Of a DNA stretch of 30,342 bases, positions 1 to 10,451 are shown piece after piece. Under the pieces are notes generated by a model. That model searched no databases. It was not told the DNA's origin and saw nothing but the letters and a program-made list of their open reading frames with translations. The stretch's first letter is position 1. Every line of letters starts with the position of its first letter. The DNA is from Paraspadella gotoi (lineage: Eukaryota; Animalia; Chaetognatha): contig JBJCIZ010000239.1 in the NCBI GenBank assembly GCA_051294375.1, positions 2,210,156-2,240,497 of the forward strand, read 5' to 3'. The translations under genes were made by a program, and so were the position numbers.

Positions 1-43
1 TAGTCCTATTTGTAGTGAATATAATACATTTTTCAAATTTCAG

Positions 44-1072
44 GAGAGAAGTTGACGACTTCGCCGCAGATGATTCAGCTCTCCCTCGATGGAAAGAGAC
101 TCTACGTTACTTCATCACTTTTCAGTTCATGGGACAAACAGTTTTTCCCCGGAATGACCAAAAGAGGATGTGAGCCCATATCTATTTTATTTTTTTTTCT
201 CTTATATGCCCTTTTTATATCTAGATGTTATCAGCCCTTCTGTCTAGGCTTCCGCTTCTCAATATTTTTTCTAATGTTGCTCAGAGTAAACATTTTAAGA
301 TGTCCCATTAGACCATCATACTTTCATNNNNNNNNNNNNNNNNNNNNNNNNNATTATTTTTACACGTCTTAAGGTTGGGAGTAATGGTAGAGATTTTATA
401 AAAATGTTTAAAACTACTGACAGCACGACAAACCTATGATGGGTCTAATGGGACATCTTAAAATGTTTACTCTGAGCAACATTAGAAAAAAAAAAACAAT
501 TTTAATAAATTTAATTTAATTTTATGTATACTATATATATACTGAGTAAATAATAGATATGCTTTATTGATATGATATGATATGATTTATTAATTTTCAG
601 CTTATGAATGTTTTTTTTTAAACTTTAACCTGCTTAACGATGTAATTTTCAAAAAGATTTATTTTCTTTAAGCAACTAAGGATAATAATTAGATAAATAA
701 TAAATAAAAAAAATAAATTAATAAATAAAATAATTAAGAAAAAAAAATATATACAGGATAGTAATCACTATTAAGTCTAATAAATATAATTGCTAAATTC
801 TGATTTGAAACTTCACCCTACTCACCATATTAATCCTTCTATTTTCCCCTCTTTCAACTAACCCCCTCCAACTACCCTTAGCCCACCTTTTCCAAATCGA
901 CGTGGACACCGAAATCGGCGGCCTTCGCCTCAACCCGGAGATGATCGTCGACTTTGGCCGCATCCCCGGCCGCTGCCCTTACTTGGCGCACGAGGTCCGC
1001 TACCCGGGCGGCGACTGCACATCCGATATCTGGCTCGCGTCCGGCGAATCAATTACGAATGGAACACACTGA
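44..1072 (+). CDS. SELENBP1: Selenium-binding protein 1 / methanethiol oxidase (SBP56 family), last two coding exons (44-169, 882-1072); 5' exons lie upstream of the window
   Basis: Acceptor tttcag|44, donor 169|gtgag, acceptor ccttag|882, with compatible phases. The spliced peptide is [105 protein letters not shown]. It matches the hallmark SBP56 C-terminal motifs [19 protein letters not shown] and AHExRYPGGDCxSDIW. Confidence 0.95.
265..490. mobile_element. Intronic MITE-like inverted repeat with ~56 bp arms
   Basis: 265-320 (ttttttctaatgttgctcagagtaaacattttaagatgtcccattagaccatcata) is the reverse complement of 435-490 apart from one extra g. The spacer contains a 25-N gap. Confidence 0.7.
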
Positions 1073-1380
1073 CAGAACAGGAGTGACCCAAGAGGAGAAA
1101 GTACTGACAAAAGAACAACATAGAAAAAGAATTGACAAATGCCGGATGTATCAACACTGAAAAAATTGTTTTTTAAAATTTTTAATTTTGTGTGTAAACG
1201 ACTATAACATCGTTTTAGGTCGAAATCATTATTAGTACAAATACAATTGATGAAAATGGTAGTTTTTAACTTTACTTTGGTGAGGGATTGAACTAACGAG
1301 TTGACAATTGGGAGAAACAAAGTGCCACTTTTTTCCATCGATCCCCCTTTGCTGCGGCTCCTGAAGCAGCGAACTAAAAC

Positions 1381-1527
1381 ATTGAAAGCTTGCAGGGACC
1401 TGCTATGTCATTATCTTGTAAGAGTGATGGAGGCCTTAAACCACCAAAGCCTGTCCAAAGTCAGGGGCAAGATAGCTTATTTATTAAATGAATGGATAAT
1501 TTTTATATTGGTTGTACCAATTTCATA
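1381..1527 (+). repeat. Dispersed ~145 bp repeat, copy 1
   Basis: Near-identical to 23581-23725 in the same orientation (attgaaagcttg...ggttgtaccaatttcata). Confidence 0.9.
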
Positions 1528-1608
1528 CAAAACTTGTCTCTTTGCTGCTTCCATCGTCGCTTTATGCGTCACTCCCTTCGTCGTCGCTCTCACCGTCGCA
1601 ACTGCTTC

Positions 1609-1860
1609 ATCCATCGTTCAAATTCTCGTCGTTTCTGTCGATCTCGATCCTGACCGATGAGTCACCCAGCAAGCCCGAATTTTTTTGTCGAAAAAGTAGC
1701 GTATTTTTAAGTAGTTTTTAAAAAGACGCCCAAACCGCGGTCGGCGAAAGTAAAATTTAGCCCCCTAATTTAACCTTTTCTCTAACCGAAACCCAAAACA
1801 ATTAATCCATCGTTCAAATTATCGTCGTTTTTGTCGATCCCGATCCTGAGTCATCCAGCC
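1609..1860 (+). repeat. Short direct repeat (~55-60 bp, spacing ~198 bp)
   Basis: tccatcgttcaaatt(c/a)tcgtcgttt(c/t)tgtcgatc(t/c)cgatcctga...gtca(c/t)ccagc occurs at 1609 and 1807. Confidence 0.8.
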
Positions 1861-2429
1861 AGAGAGAGAGCAAGAGAGATTCGCTGCTCCGTCATTCGGC
1901 AAGGGGACATCGAAGCTCTGGTGCCAACTTTGCTCTCTCGTAGCTAGATCAGGCTATATTTTGAGTCGTTCACCTAGTAAAAATCGTATTTAGCATCTAG
2001 CTCATAATCTAGCTATTTCATGACAGGGAAAAAAAATTAAATCATTATTAGTTCTGTATTATGGTGGACTAAAATCCACCAACGTCATCATCAAGCGCGC
2101 CATTAGTGCCGGCAGCATAGTCATTCGCCTCCCAACCCTAAGGTCCGGGCGTTCTGCCGGTGCGCCGAAACTAGCAGTTAAGAGGGACGCGGGCGCTTAA
2201 CCCGCCTTGTAAAACATTGGCTGTTACATGCCTGATCCCGAAGCTCAGGGACTGACTTATATTGAACGGTTATGTCACTTTAACATATAACAATAATTAC
2301 TGTCTCTTCGAGTATCTCTTATATTTGTGTATAGAATGTTTTCCTGTTTAGAAAAACTGTTCAACTTGTTCATTTTTACAACATCATCTATCTTCGTCTT
2401 CCTCGCCTCAATTTCAATGCGTCAACTCC

Positions 2430-2894
2430 GTCCACACTGCTCTCGCATGTGCATAGACACCAGTCCACAAACTCTAATGCTAGACTTTTGGATTGCAGTT
2501 TGCAAAAGTAAAAATCGGATGGAAAACTTTTCCCAGAATTAAACAATGCTCGTGGATCTCTTCTTTGTCTACCTATTTTCCAATGCGACTGTTAAAAGAA
2601 TTTTTTAGCACCATGGGCGTCGTTAACAAAATAAACACGCAACTTGCTATTTCAAACCAGTAGAGGCCATCTTATTGACACGCCCAAGGCCTGAAGGGAA
2701 TGGCCAGTCCTGTGCTACCTTTAGCCACTGCACTTATGATGGATAACTTCCATCAGTCAAGTTATGATCACCAAAAAGACGCCCAAAACCCGTTAGTAAG
2801 TGCCAACAGCAGGAGTTAGATAGGAATGAGAAACTAATACAAGTTTATCAGATGTAGCAGGAATTTTTCAGGAACGCGTTTTATCACTCACTGA
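2430..2894 (+). pseudogene. hAT transposase C-terminal fragment, copy 1 (multiple frameshifts)
   Basis: Duplicate of 5740-6197. Pieces such as LDFWIAV and NATVKRIF are readable across indels. Confidence 0.8.
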
Positions 2895-3422
2895 CTGTTC
2901 TTACTTTTTTTTAACTTGCATGCTGAACTTGATAACGCTGTTATATTTGTATTTCTGATGTTACTTTTCATAGATTAAAATAGGAAAAAACAAAATCCTG
3001 CTATATTATTTTTTTCTATAGACGATAATTTCTTCGCCTGTGTTAAAAATAAAAAGTGAGCCGATAATAAATCTTTAGCTATTTTTTTAGCCAATCTGTC
3101 AAAAAAAATTTTTGCTATTTTTAGCTTTGTATTCAGGCTCGTTCTGCTATTTTGGTTTCGATCAGAATATCGAAAAGAGCATTTCGGCTCGTTCGGGCCG
3201 AGGGGCTCGATTGTGTGGTAATCCATATAATTTTCTAGCTTGCACCGCAGGTACGTTATGAAAATAAAAATAAATTCTTAATAAAATCAATTCTTGCCAA
3301 TAAATTATTTTTGTTTCTCTAATTCGACTTGTTTACCAAGCTAAAGTTTTATCCTGTCCTTGATACAAAAACCAAATTAAAAAAAATCTTAGAAGCATAA
3401 GGATCGAGCCGCTTTTCGATAG

Positions 3423-3665
3423 ATAACCAAATATTGATGCGATGCATAACCAAATATTGATGCCGATTGATAAACCAAATATTGACGCGGATGATAACCA
3501 TAATGATGCGATATAACAAAATGACTGATGTGATGATACATCAAGATGATTGATTGCGATGCATAGACATTTATTGATATGATGATAATCATTCATTGAT
3601 ACGTTGCATAGTCATTCATTGATGCGACTGATAGTAATTCATTGACGCGAATGAATCACTTCATC
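3423..3665 (+). repeat. Degenerate ~22 bp minisatellite (about 10 copies; duplicated at ~6690-6925)
   Basis: Units such as ataaccaaatattgatgcgatg and atagtcattcattgatgcgatg. Confidence 0.75.
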
Positions 3666-3809
3666 GTTCAATACAAACAAAAAATGCGTGCTATGAAGTG
3701 AAAAGAGAGAGGAGAGAGAGCGCTGGACAGGTCTTTCCGCCAACGGAAACGGCATTATTAGGTCTTTTCTCTCGTTTATACTAAAGGGAATAATCGAAAT
3801 TTTTAGGAA

Positions 3810-5290
3810 AAAAAATCCACGAAAATCTCGGATGTAAGTTTTGGGATTTTGTATTGAGAAAAAACCGGAATAAATGCGCGATACATAAAAGTTTTTTAGA
3901 AGAAAAAAAAAGAGACGAGGAGAGAGAGGAGAGAAAGAAGAGAGAGAGAAAAAAGAAAGCCATATGGAAAGAAATTTTTTGTACGTTGAAAAATTTGATA
4001 ATCCCTATTAAGCAAAAATTAATATAGTTGAAAATACTCAGTTAAACGACTTATGATATTTTTTGACTTCCAAATTAATAATAATAATAATATCGCGTCT
4101 ATCGCGTTATTACGGTCATGTTAAACCTTGACATTGTTTACTCGTTGCTCTGCAACGGCCACGAAATTCCAGGTAAAGAGAAAAAAGCGCCGGGAATAAA
4201 TGCCGATAATAAAAGTTTTTAGAAGGAAAAAAAATAATCAGAATTTTTGTCATCAAAAAAGACGAGACGATTCCGCAAGAGATTAGTAAAGAGAGGAAAG
4301 AGACAGAAAGCAGAGATAGAGAGAGAGAGAGAGAAAGAAGACTGAAACAGACGCTGCTAGGCGGGAACTCGTCTTAATCGTCGCCAAATTAAAATATAGT
4401 TTACTATATACTAATTTGATATCTGCCACTAAGCTACTATAATGCTAATTAGCATATTGCAGTACAGTAAATTATAATCGAAGTGGAAATTCAAACAAAA
4501 ATACTTGAATCGATATGAAACAAAGAAAATGAACACACAGTTCAACTTCATCACTGCCTCATAATGGAACTTGATAAATAGATACCATTGTTTGTAGTTA
4601 AACCACTAAACCGGCCAAAAATAGGCAGTAAAAAAATTGATTGGCATATAGATACAATCCGGCTATTCAACATTGTGAAAAAAAAATTTAACGGTTTGTG
4701 TCGATCAACAACATTGGACAGGAGTATTAAAAAGATTTCCTCTGGCAAAGTAAATCTGTAGTAATATGCTATTTTGCTTACTATTATTTATTTTTTCTTT
4801 GAATAACAATCATGTTACTAATTGGTTAGCGACGGAGCAGCAGATGGACGAGAAGCGTAAGATTTTTAACGTATCGAGTTATTCTTCACTTTTTCTAAAA
4901 TAAATCCATAAATTTATACACGCTAACGTTTCCTGTTGCCATCGAACGCGTTATAGAGTCATACTTCCTCGACATTGATTTACTCGTTGCCCCGCAACGA
5001 CCACGAAATCTCAGCGCCGAAGTAAGTGTATTGGTATTTTTGGGATTTTGTAATGAGATAAAAAAAATAAAATGGCGATAATAAAAGTTCTTTAAAAGGA
5101 AAAAAAAAAATAATCAGACTTTTTCAAAATCGAACGATCACGCAAGAGATCATACAGAGAGAACAGACACACACTAGAGAGAGAGACAGAGAGGACAGAG
5201 AGAGAGACACAAAAGAAGAGAAGTACACACAGAGAGAGAGAACAGAGAGAGAACACACAGAGAGAGACCGCAAACAAATATTTAGAACGT
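3810..5290 (+). repeat. Cluster of dispersed AG-rich modules (~350 bp), with three partial copies near 3810, 4130 and 4925
   Basis: Recurrent blocks: cattgtttactcgttgc-nnn-gcaacggccacgaaat, atccacgaaaatctcggatgtaa, aataaatggcgataataaaagttttagaagg, (GA)n and ggaactcg. They also occur at ~7095-7680 and 21061-22330. Confidence 0.75.
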
Positions 5291-5739
5291 CGATAGATAA
5301 ATTTTTTGTTAGTTTGTGAATTAAGCATAAATTAACTTTCTATTTTTTTTTCCAATTGAAATACAGGATGAAGTCTTTTGTTCATCTATTCAAAATTATT
5401 GAAAATGAATGAGATTGATATAGATTGTATTGAAATGAAAACTTTTCGATAAAGCTAAACTATTTAAATATAACTATCTATATATATATATGATATTATA
5501 TGTGTCTATAATTATTACTATATTATATATTATTATTACTATATTTAGTATTAGTATATCCTCTCTTCTTTTNNNNNNNNNNNNNNNNNNNNNNNNNTCT
5601 GTCACTAACATATAACAATAATTACTGTCTCTTCAGTATCTCTTTATTTTGTGTATAGAATGTTTTCCTGTTGAAATACTGTTCACTTGTTCATTTTTAC
5701 AACATATATCTCGTCTTCCTCGCCTCAATTTCAATGCGT

Positions 5740-6197
5740 CAACTCCGTCACACTGCTCTCGATGTGCAAGACACCAGTCCACAAACTCTAATGCTAGACT
5801 TTTGGATTGCAGTTGCAAAAGTAAAAATCGGATGTGAAAAACTTTTCCCAGAATTAACAATGCTCGTGGGATCTCTTCTTTGTCTACCTATTTCCAATGC
5901 TACTGTTAAAAGAATTTTTAGCACCATGGGCGTCGTTAAAAATAAACAACGCAACTTGCTATTTCAACAGTAGAGGCCATCTTATTGACACGCCAAGGCC
6001 TGAAAGGGAATGGCCAGTCCTGTGCTACCTTTAAGCCACTGCCACTTATGATGGATAACTTCCATCAGTCAATGTATGATCACAAAAAGACCCAAACCGT
6101 AATGCAACAGCAGGAGTTAGATGAGGATGAAGAAATAATACAAGTTTTATCAGATGTAGAGGAAATTTTTCAGGAACGCGTTTTTATCACTCACTGA
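5740..6197 (+). pseudogene. hAT transposase C-terminal (dimerisation-domain, PF05699-like) fragment, copy 2
   Basis: Reads DFWIAVAKVK..KLFPELTMLVGSLLCLPISNATVKRIFSTMGVVKNKQRNL, then after a frameshift near 5958 ISTVEAILLTRQGLK..CATFKP. This fits the hAT pattern FW..FPxL..LLxLPxSNAxVERxFSxM..KxKxRNxL. The N-terminal DD region is absent and E is replaced by K. Confidence 0.88.
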
Positions 6198-9100
6198 CTG
6201 TTCTTACTTTTTTTTAACTTGCATGCTGAACGTGAATAACGTGTTATATTTGTTTTCTGTGTACTTTCATAGATTAAAATAGGAAACAAAATCCTGCTAT
6301 TTTTTTCTATAGACGATAATTTCTTGTGTAAAATAAAAAGTGAGCCGATAATAATCTAGCTATTTTTTTAGCAATCTGTCAAAAAAATTTTGCTATTTTT
6401 AGCTTGTATTCAGGCTGTCTAGCTATTTTGGTTTCGTCAGAATATCGAAGAGCATTTCGCTCGTTGGGCCTCGATTGTGTGGTAATCCTTGATTTTCTAG
6501 CTGCACGAGGTTACGTTATGAAAATAAAAATAAATTCTTAATAAATCCCAATTCTTGCCAATAAATTATTTTGCTTTCTCTAATCAGACTTGTTTACCAA
6601 GCTAAAGTTTTATCCCTGTCCTGATAAAAACAAATAAAAAAAATCTTAGAAGCATAAGGATCGAGCCGCTTTCGATGGAGTTGAGACGAGAGATATTGAT
6701 GGCGATGAATAACGCCAGTGAGGTGCATGTAAGCCAAATATGACAGCGATGATAACCAAGTAATTGATGCAGATGGCTAACAAATGACTGATGTGATGAT
6801 AATCAAATGATCTGATGCGATGATAGACATTTAATTGATAATAATAATCATTCATTGATACGATGATAGTGCATTCATTGATGCGATGATAGATAATTCA
6901 TTGAACGCAATGAATCATTCATCGTAATAAAAACAAACAATTGCGGATGTATGAGTGAAAGAGGGAGAGAGAAGAGGAGAGCTGGGACAGTTATTCCGCC
7001 AACGAAACGCTGGGGTTATTATGGTATGGTGTTCGGGGCGTCGGGTTTATATAAAGAATTGTTACATGTAATGAGTGGGGGTAGGAAAATAAATCACCGA
7101 AATCTCGGGATGTAAATTTGTGTTAGTGAGTGCATATAATATAAGACTATGGGTAATGGCGATATAAAAAGTTTTTAGAAGAAAAAAAAAAAGAGAGAGA
7201 GAGAGAGGGAGAGAAAGAGAGAGAGAGAGAAAAAGAAGCCATATAAGAAGATTTTTTGTACGTTGCAGAAATTTATAATCTCCTCGATTAACATAAATAT
7301 TATAGTTGAAAACAATATCAAAATTACTCAGCGGTTTTTAAACGACTGATGATATTTTTGACTCCATAATCAATAATATAATAATATCTGCGTCTATCGC
7401 GCTTATTTAGGTCATGCTTCCTTGACCATTGATCCTACTCGTGATCTACTGCCTCGCAACGGCCACCGAAATCCATAGGTAAATAGAAAAAAAAAGGCGC
7501 CGGAATAAATGGCGATAATAAAAGTTTTAGAAGGAAAAAAGATAATCAGAATTTCATCAAAAAACGAACGATCACGCATAAGAGATTGTTAAAGAGATGA
7601 AGAGACAGAAAGAGAGAAAGAGAGAGAGAGGCAGGAAAGAAGGCACGTGAGAACAGACGCCTGCATAGGCGGAACTCGCTTTTACTCGTCGGCCAAATTA
7701 AATATATAGTTTACTAGTATACTAATTTGATATTGCAAGTAAGTTAACGTATAATCTAATTAGCATATTTGTTTTTTATCATTTTTTTACATAAATTTAT
7801 AATGAAGTGGAAATTCAAGACAAAAATACTCTGAACTCGATGATAGAACCAAAGAAAATTGGGAGTACAACCCATTTCAACTTCATCACTGCCTTCACTA
7901 TGCGAACTGAATAAATAGATAGCCATCTGTTTGGTAGTAAACCATAAACCGGCAAAAATAGGCAGTAAAAAAAATGATTGCCATCAGCATACAATCCGGC
8001 CATATATCAAATGTGAAAAAAAATTTAATGCTTTTTCGATCAACAACATTGGACAGAGTATAAAAAGATTTCCTCTGGCAAAGTAAATCTGTAGTAAATA
8101 TGCTATTTGCTTATTATATTTTTTTTTCTTTAATAACAATCATGTTACTAATTGTTAGCGACGGAGAGAGATGGAGAGAAGCGTAAAATTTTTAACGTAT
8201 GAGTTATTCTTCACTTTTTCTAAAATAAATCCATAATTTATACACGTAACGTTTCCGTTGCCATCGAACGCGTTANNNNNNNNNNNNNNNNNNNNNNNNN
8301 NNNNNNNNNNNNNNNNNNNNNNNNNNNNNNNNNNNNNNNNNNNNNNNNNNNNNNNNNNNNNNNNNNNNNNNNNNNCGGGCGATCGCCGGCGGAATGGAAT
8401 CGTCGAGATGGAACTTTAATCGATTAATCAGCTTGCAGGATCGATAGAACTGTCATANNNNNNNNNNNNNNNNNNNNNNNNNNNNNNNNNNNNNNNNNNN
8501 NNNNNNNNNNNNNNNNNNNNNNNNNNNNNNNNNNNNNNNNNNNNNNNNNNNNNNNNNNNNNNNNNNNNNNNNNNNNNNNNNNNNNNNNNNNNNNNNNNNN
8601 NNNNNNNNNNNNNNNNNNNNNNNNNNNNNNNNNNNNNNNNNNNNNNNNNNNNNNNNNNNNNNNNNNNNNNNNNNNNNNNNNNNNNNNNNNNNNNNNNNNN
8701 NNNNNNNNNNNNNNNNNNNNNNNNNNNNNNNNNNNNNNNNNNNNNNNNNNNNNNNNNNNNNNNNNNNNNNNNNNNNNNNNNNNNNNNNNNNNNNNNNNNN
8801 NNNNNNNNNNNNNNNNNNNNNNNNNNNNNNNNNNNNNNNNNNNNNNNNNNNNNNNNNNNNNNNNNNNNNNNNNNNNNNNNNNNNNNNNNNNNNAAAGAAT
8901 GTATCGTGATTATGGGGCGTGGCCTTAACAGGAGGTAAGATTTTACGACGGAAGGAACGCCGAACCGGGATTCGGTTCTGCAGGATGGAGGCGGCGGAAG
9001 TGTCGGAGTGGTGCCGCTTCTGGCCAGCGAGTAAAGCGGTGTCGATCAAAGTCGTCAAGCGGTGCTGGCGTCTGATGATGAAGTAGTTGGTCTCTCGTGA

Positions 9101-9583
9101 TGAGGCAAATTTCGGGCTCAACTCAATCATTTCAAGTGTTTCGATTTTCGATTTTTTGATTTCAGACTTGGGGCAGATGAGGATGCGGCGGCCTCGTGGG
9201 AACACCGTCGTGGCCGCGCCATCGAAATGGGAGGTGTTTCAAGTTGTTACTGGGAATTTTCTCTTCGTCAGTGGGCGTTGGAGGACGTAAGATACTATGT
9301 GCAAAAGTTTTAGAGTAAGAATGAATTTATTCTCAACAAGGTAAATTAACAATAACAGTCCAAAAACTCAGATCTAAGTCTATAACAATGGGTATTTACA
9401 AGGTCAAAAGTTTGACCACAAAAAGGAATGAGGGAAATGATGAGGGTAGGTTGGTAAGTTCAGTTTTGAACGAGGTTGCGTGTTATAGTGTTCGTCCACA
9501 CTAGCATAAAAAAAATTACTGATTGTAACAAACTAATTTAACTATATAACCAGTAAGGCCCCCGTACGTGAAAGTTACATATG

Positions 9584-10127
9584 AAAATTCTAAAAGTTAA
9601 TTATGAACAACATACCATCAGTGAACATTTAATTTGGTAAAAAAAAATAATTTTATGTTTTTTAATTTTTCCAGTAGGCTATATTTATATATAGTACTAT
9701 CCTTATAAAATCGAAAAATTTTAAATGAGCTGTTTTTAAATTTTGATTGCAGATTTGAATTCCTCGTTAAAGTTGATAAAAGAAAATATAAATCATTTTT
9801 AAAAATTCGTTCATTAAGTGGGTTAAAAATTAAAAAAACTATATTTAATATATAAAAGTTAATTTCAGCTTAAAATATAGCTTTTTTAATTTTGACTCAC
9901 TTAATGAAGGAATTTTTTAAAAAAGAGTTATATTTCTTTTTATCACTTTTATGACGAATCCAAATCTGGCAAAAAAAACTTTAAAAAAACTGTTTTGAAA
10001 TTTTAACAATTTATGGTTTACTACTAGGATAAATATGGCCTACTGCGTAAATTGTAAATTTAAAAAATTTTTTATTACATAAATGTTCATTAGTATAATG
10101 TTGTTCATTCCTCACTTTTAGAATTTT
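9584..10127. mobile_element. Diverged foldback/palindromic element (~545 bp, centre ~9860)
   Basis: Matching inverted blocks along the whole length: aaaattctaaaagt/acttttagaatttt, atgaacaacat/atgttgttcat, cagtaggctatatttat/ataaatatggcctactg, cagatttgaattc/gaatccaaatctg, ttcattaagtg/cacttaatgaa. Confidence 0.8.
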
Positions 10128-10451
10128 AATTAAAGTTAAATTTAGAAATTTTACTACACCTAATAACCAGAGAGAAAGAAAAACTAAAGGCTAAATGCTA
10201 AAGGAAGCAAGCCGGCATCCGGGTCCTGGTAAAGGCGACGGAGAGGGTGAGGATGATGACGGCGACGATCTTGCCGACATCGGACTGGAAACCGGAAAAG
10301 GTACCCCGTGCATCTGCTGGTATTGCGGGCATCGCAAATGTTGCCGCCACGCCTGCACGAGCCATCTTGCCGAGGAAGTCCTGTTGCAAGCCGCATCGAT
10401 AAGCGTGCGGAAGCGCCATGGCTGCTGGAGTGAGAGATAGGGTGGCTGATA

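Larger units (their letters stand above)
2273..8275 (+). repeat. Tandem duplication with a ~3.33 kb period (2273-~4953 matches 5600-8275)
   Basis: The copies are colinear from tgtcact..aacatataacaataattactgtctc (2273/5600) to ccatcgaacgcgtta (4953/8275). Differences are mostly 1-2 nt indels, and a 25-N gap separates the copies. Confidence 0.92.

Noticed and set aside
52-372. 106-aa ORF as a complete gene
   Set aside because: Only 44-169 is exon; the remainder is read-through into the intron. The 954-1160 ORF is an alternative frame over the true exon.
2145-2175. Helitron 3' end (GC hairpin then CTAG)
   Set aside because: CTAG is followed by C rather than T, the hairpin is weak, and no matching 5' TC end was identified.
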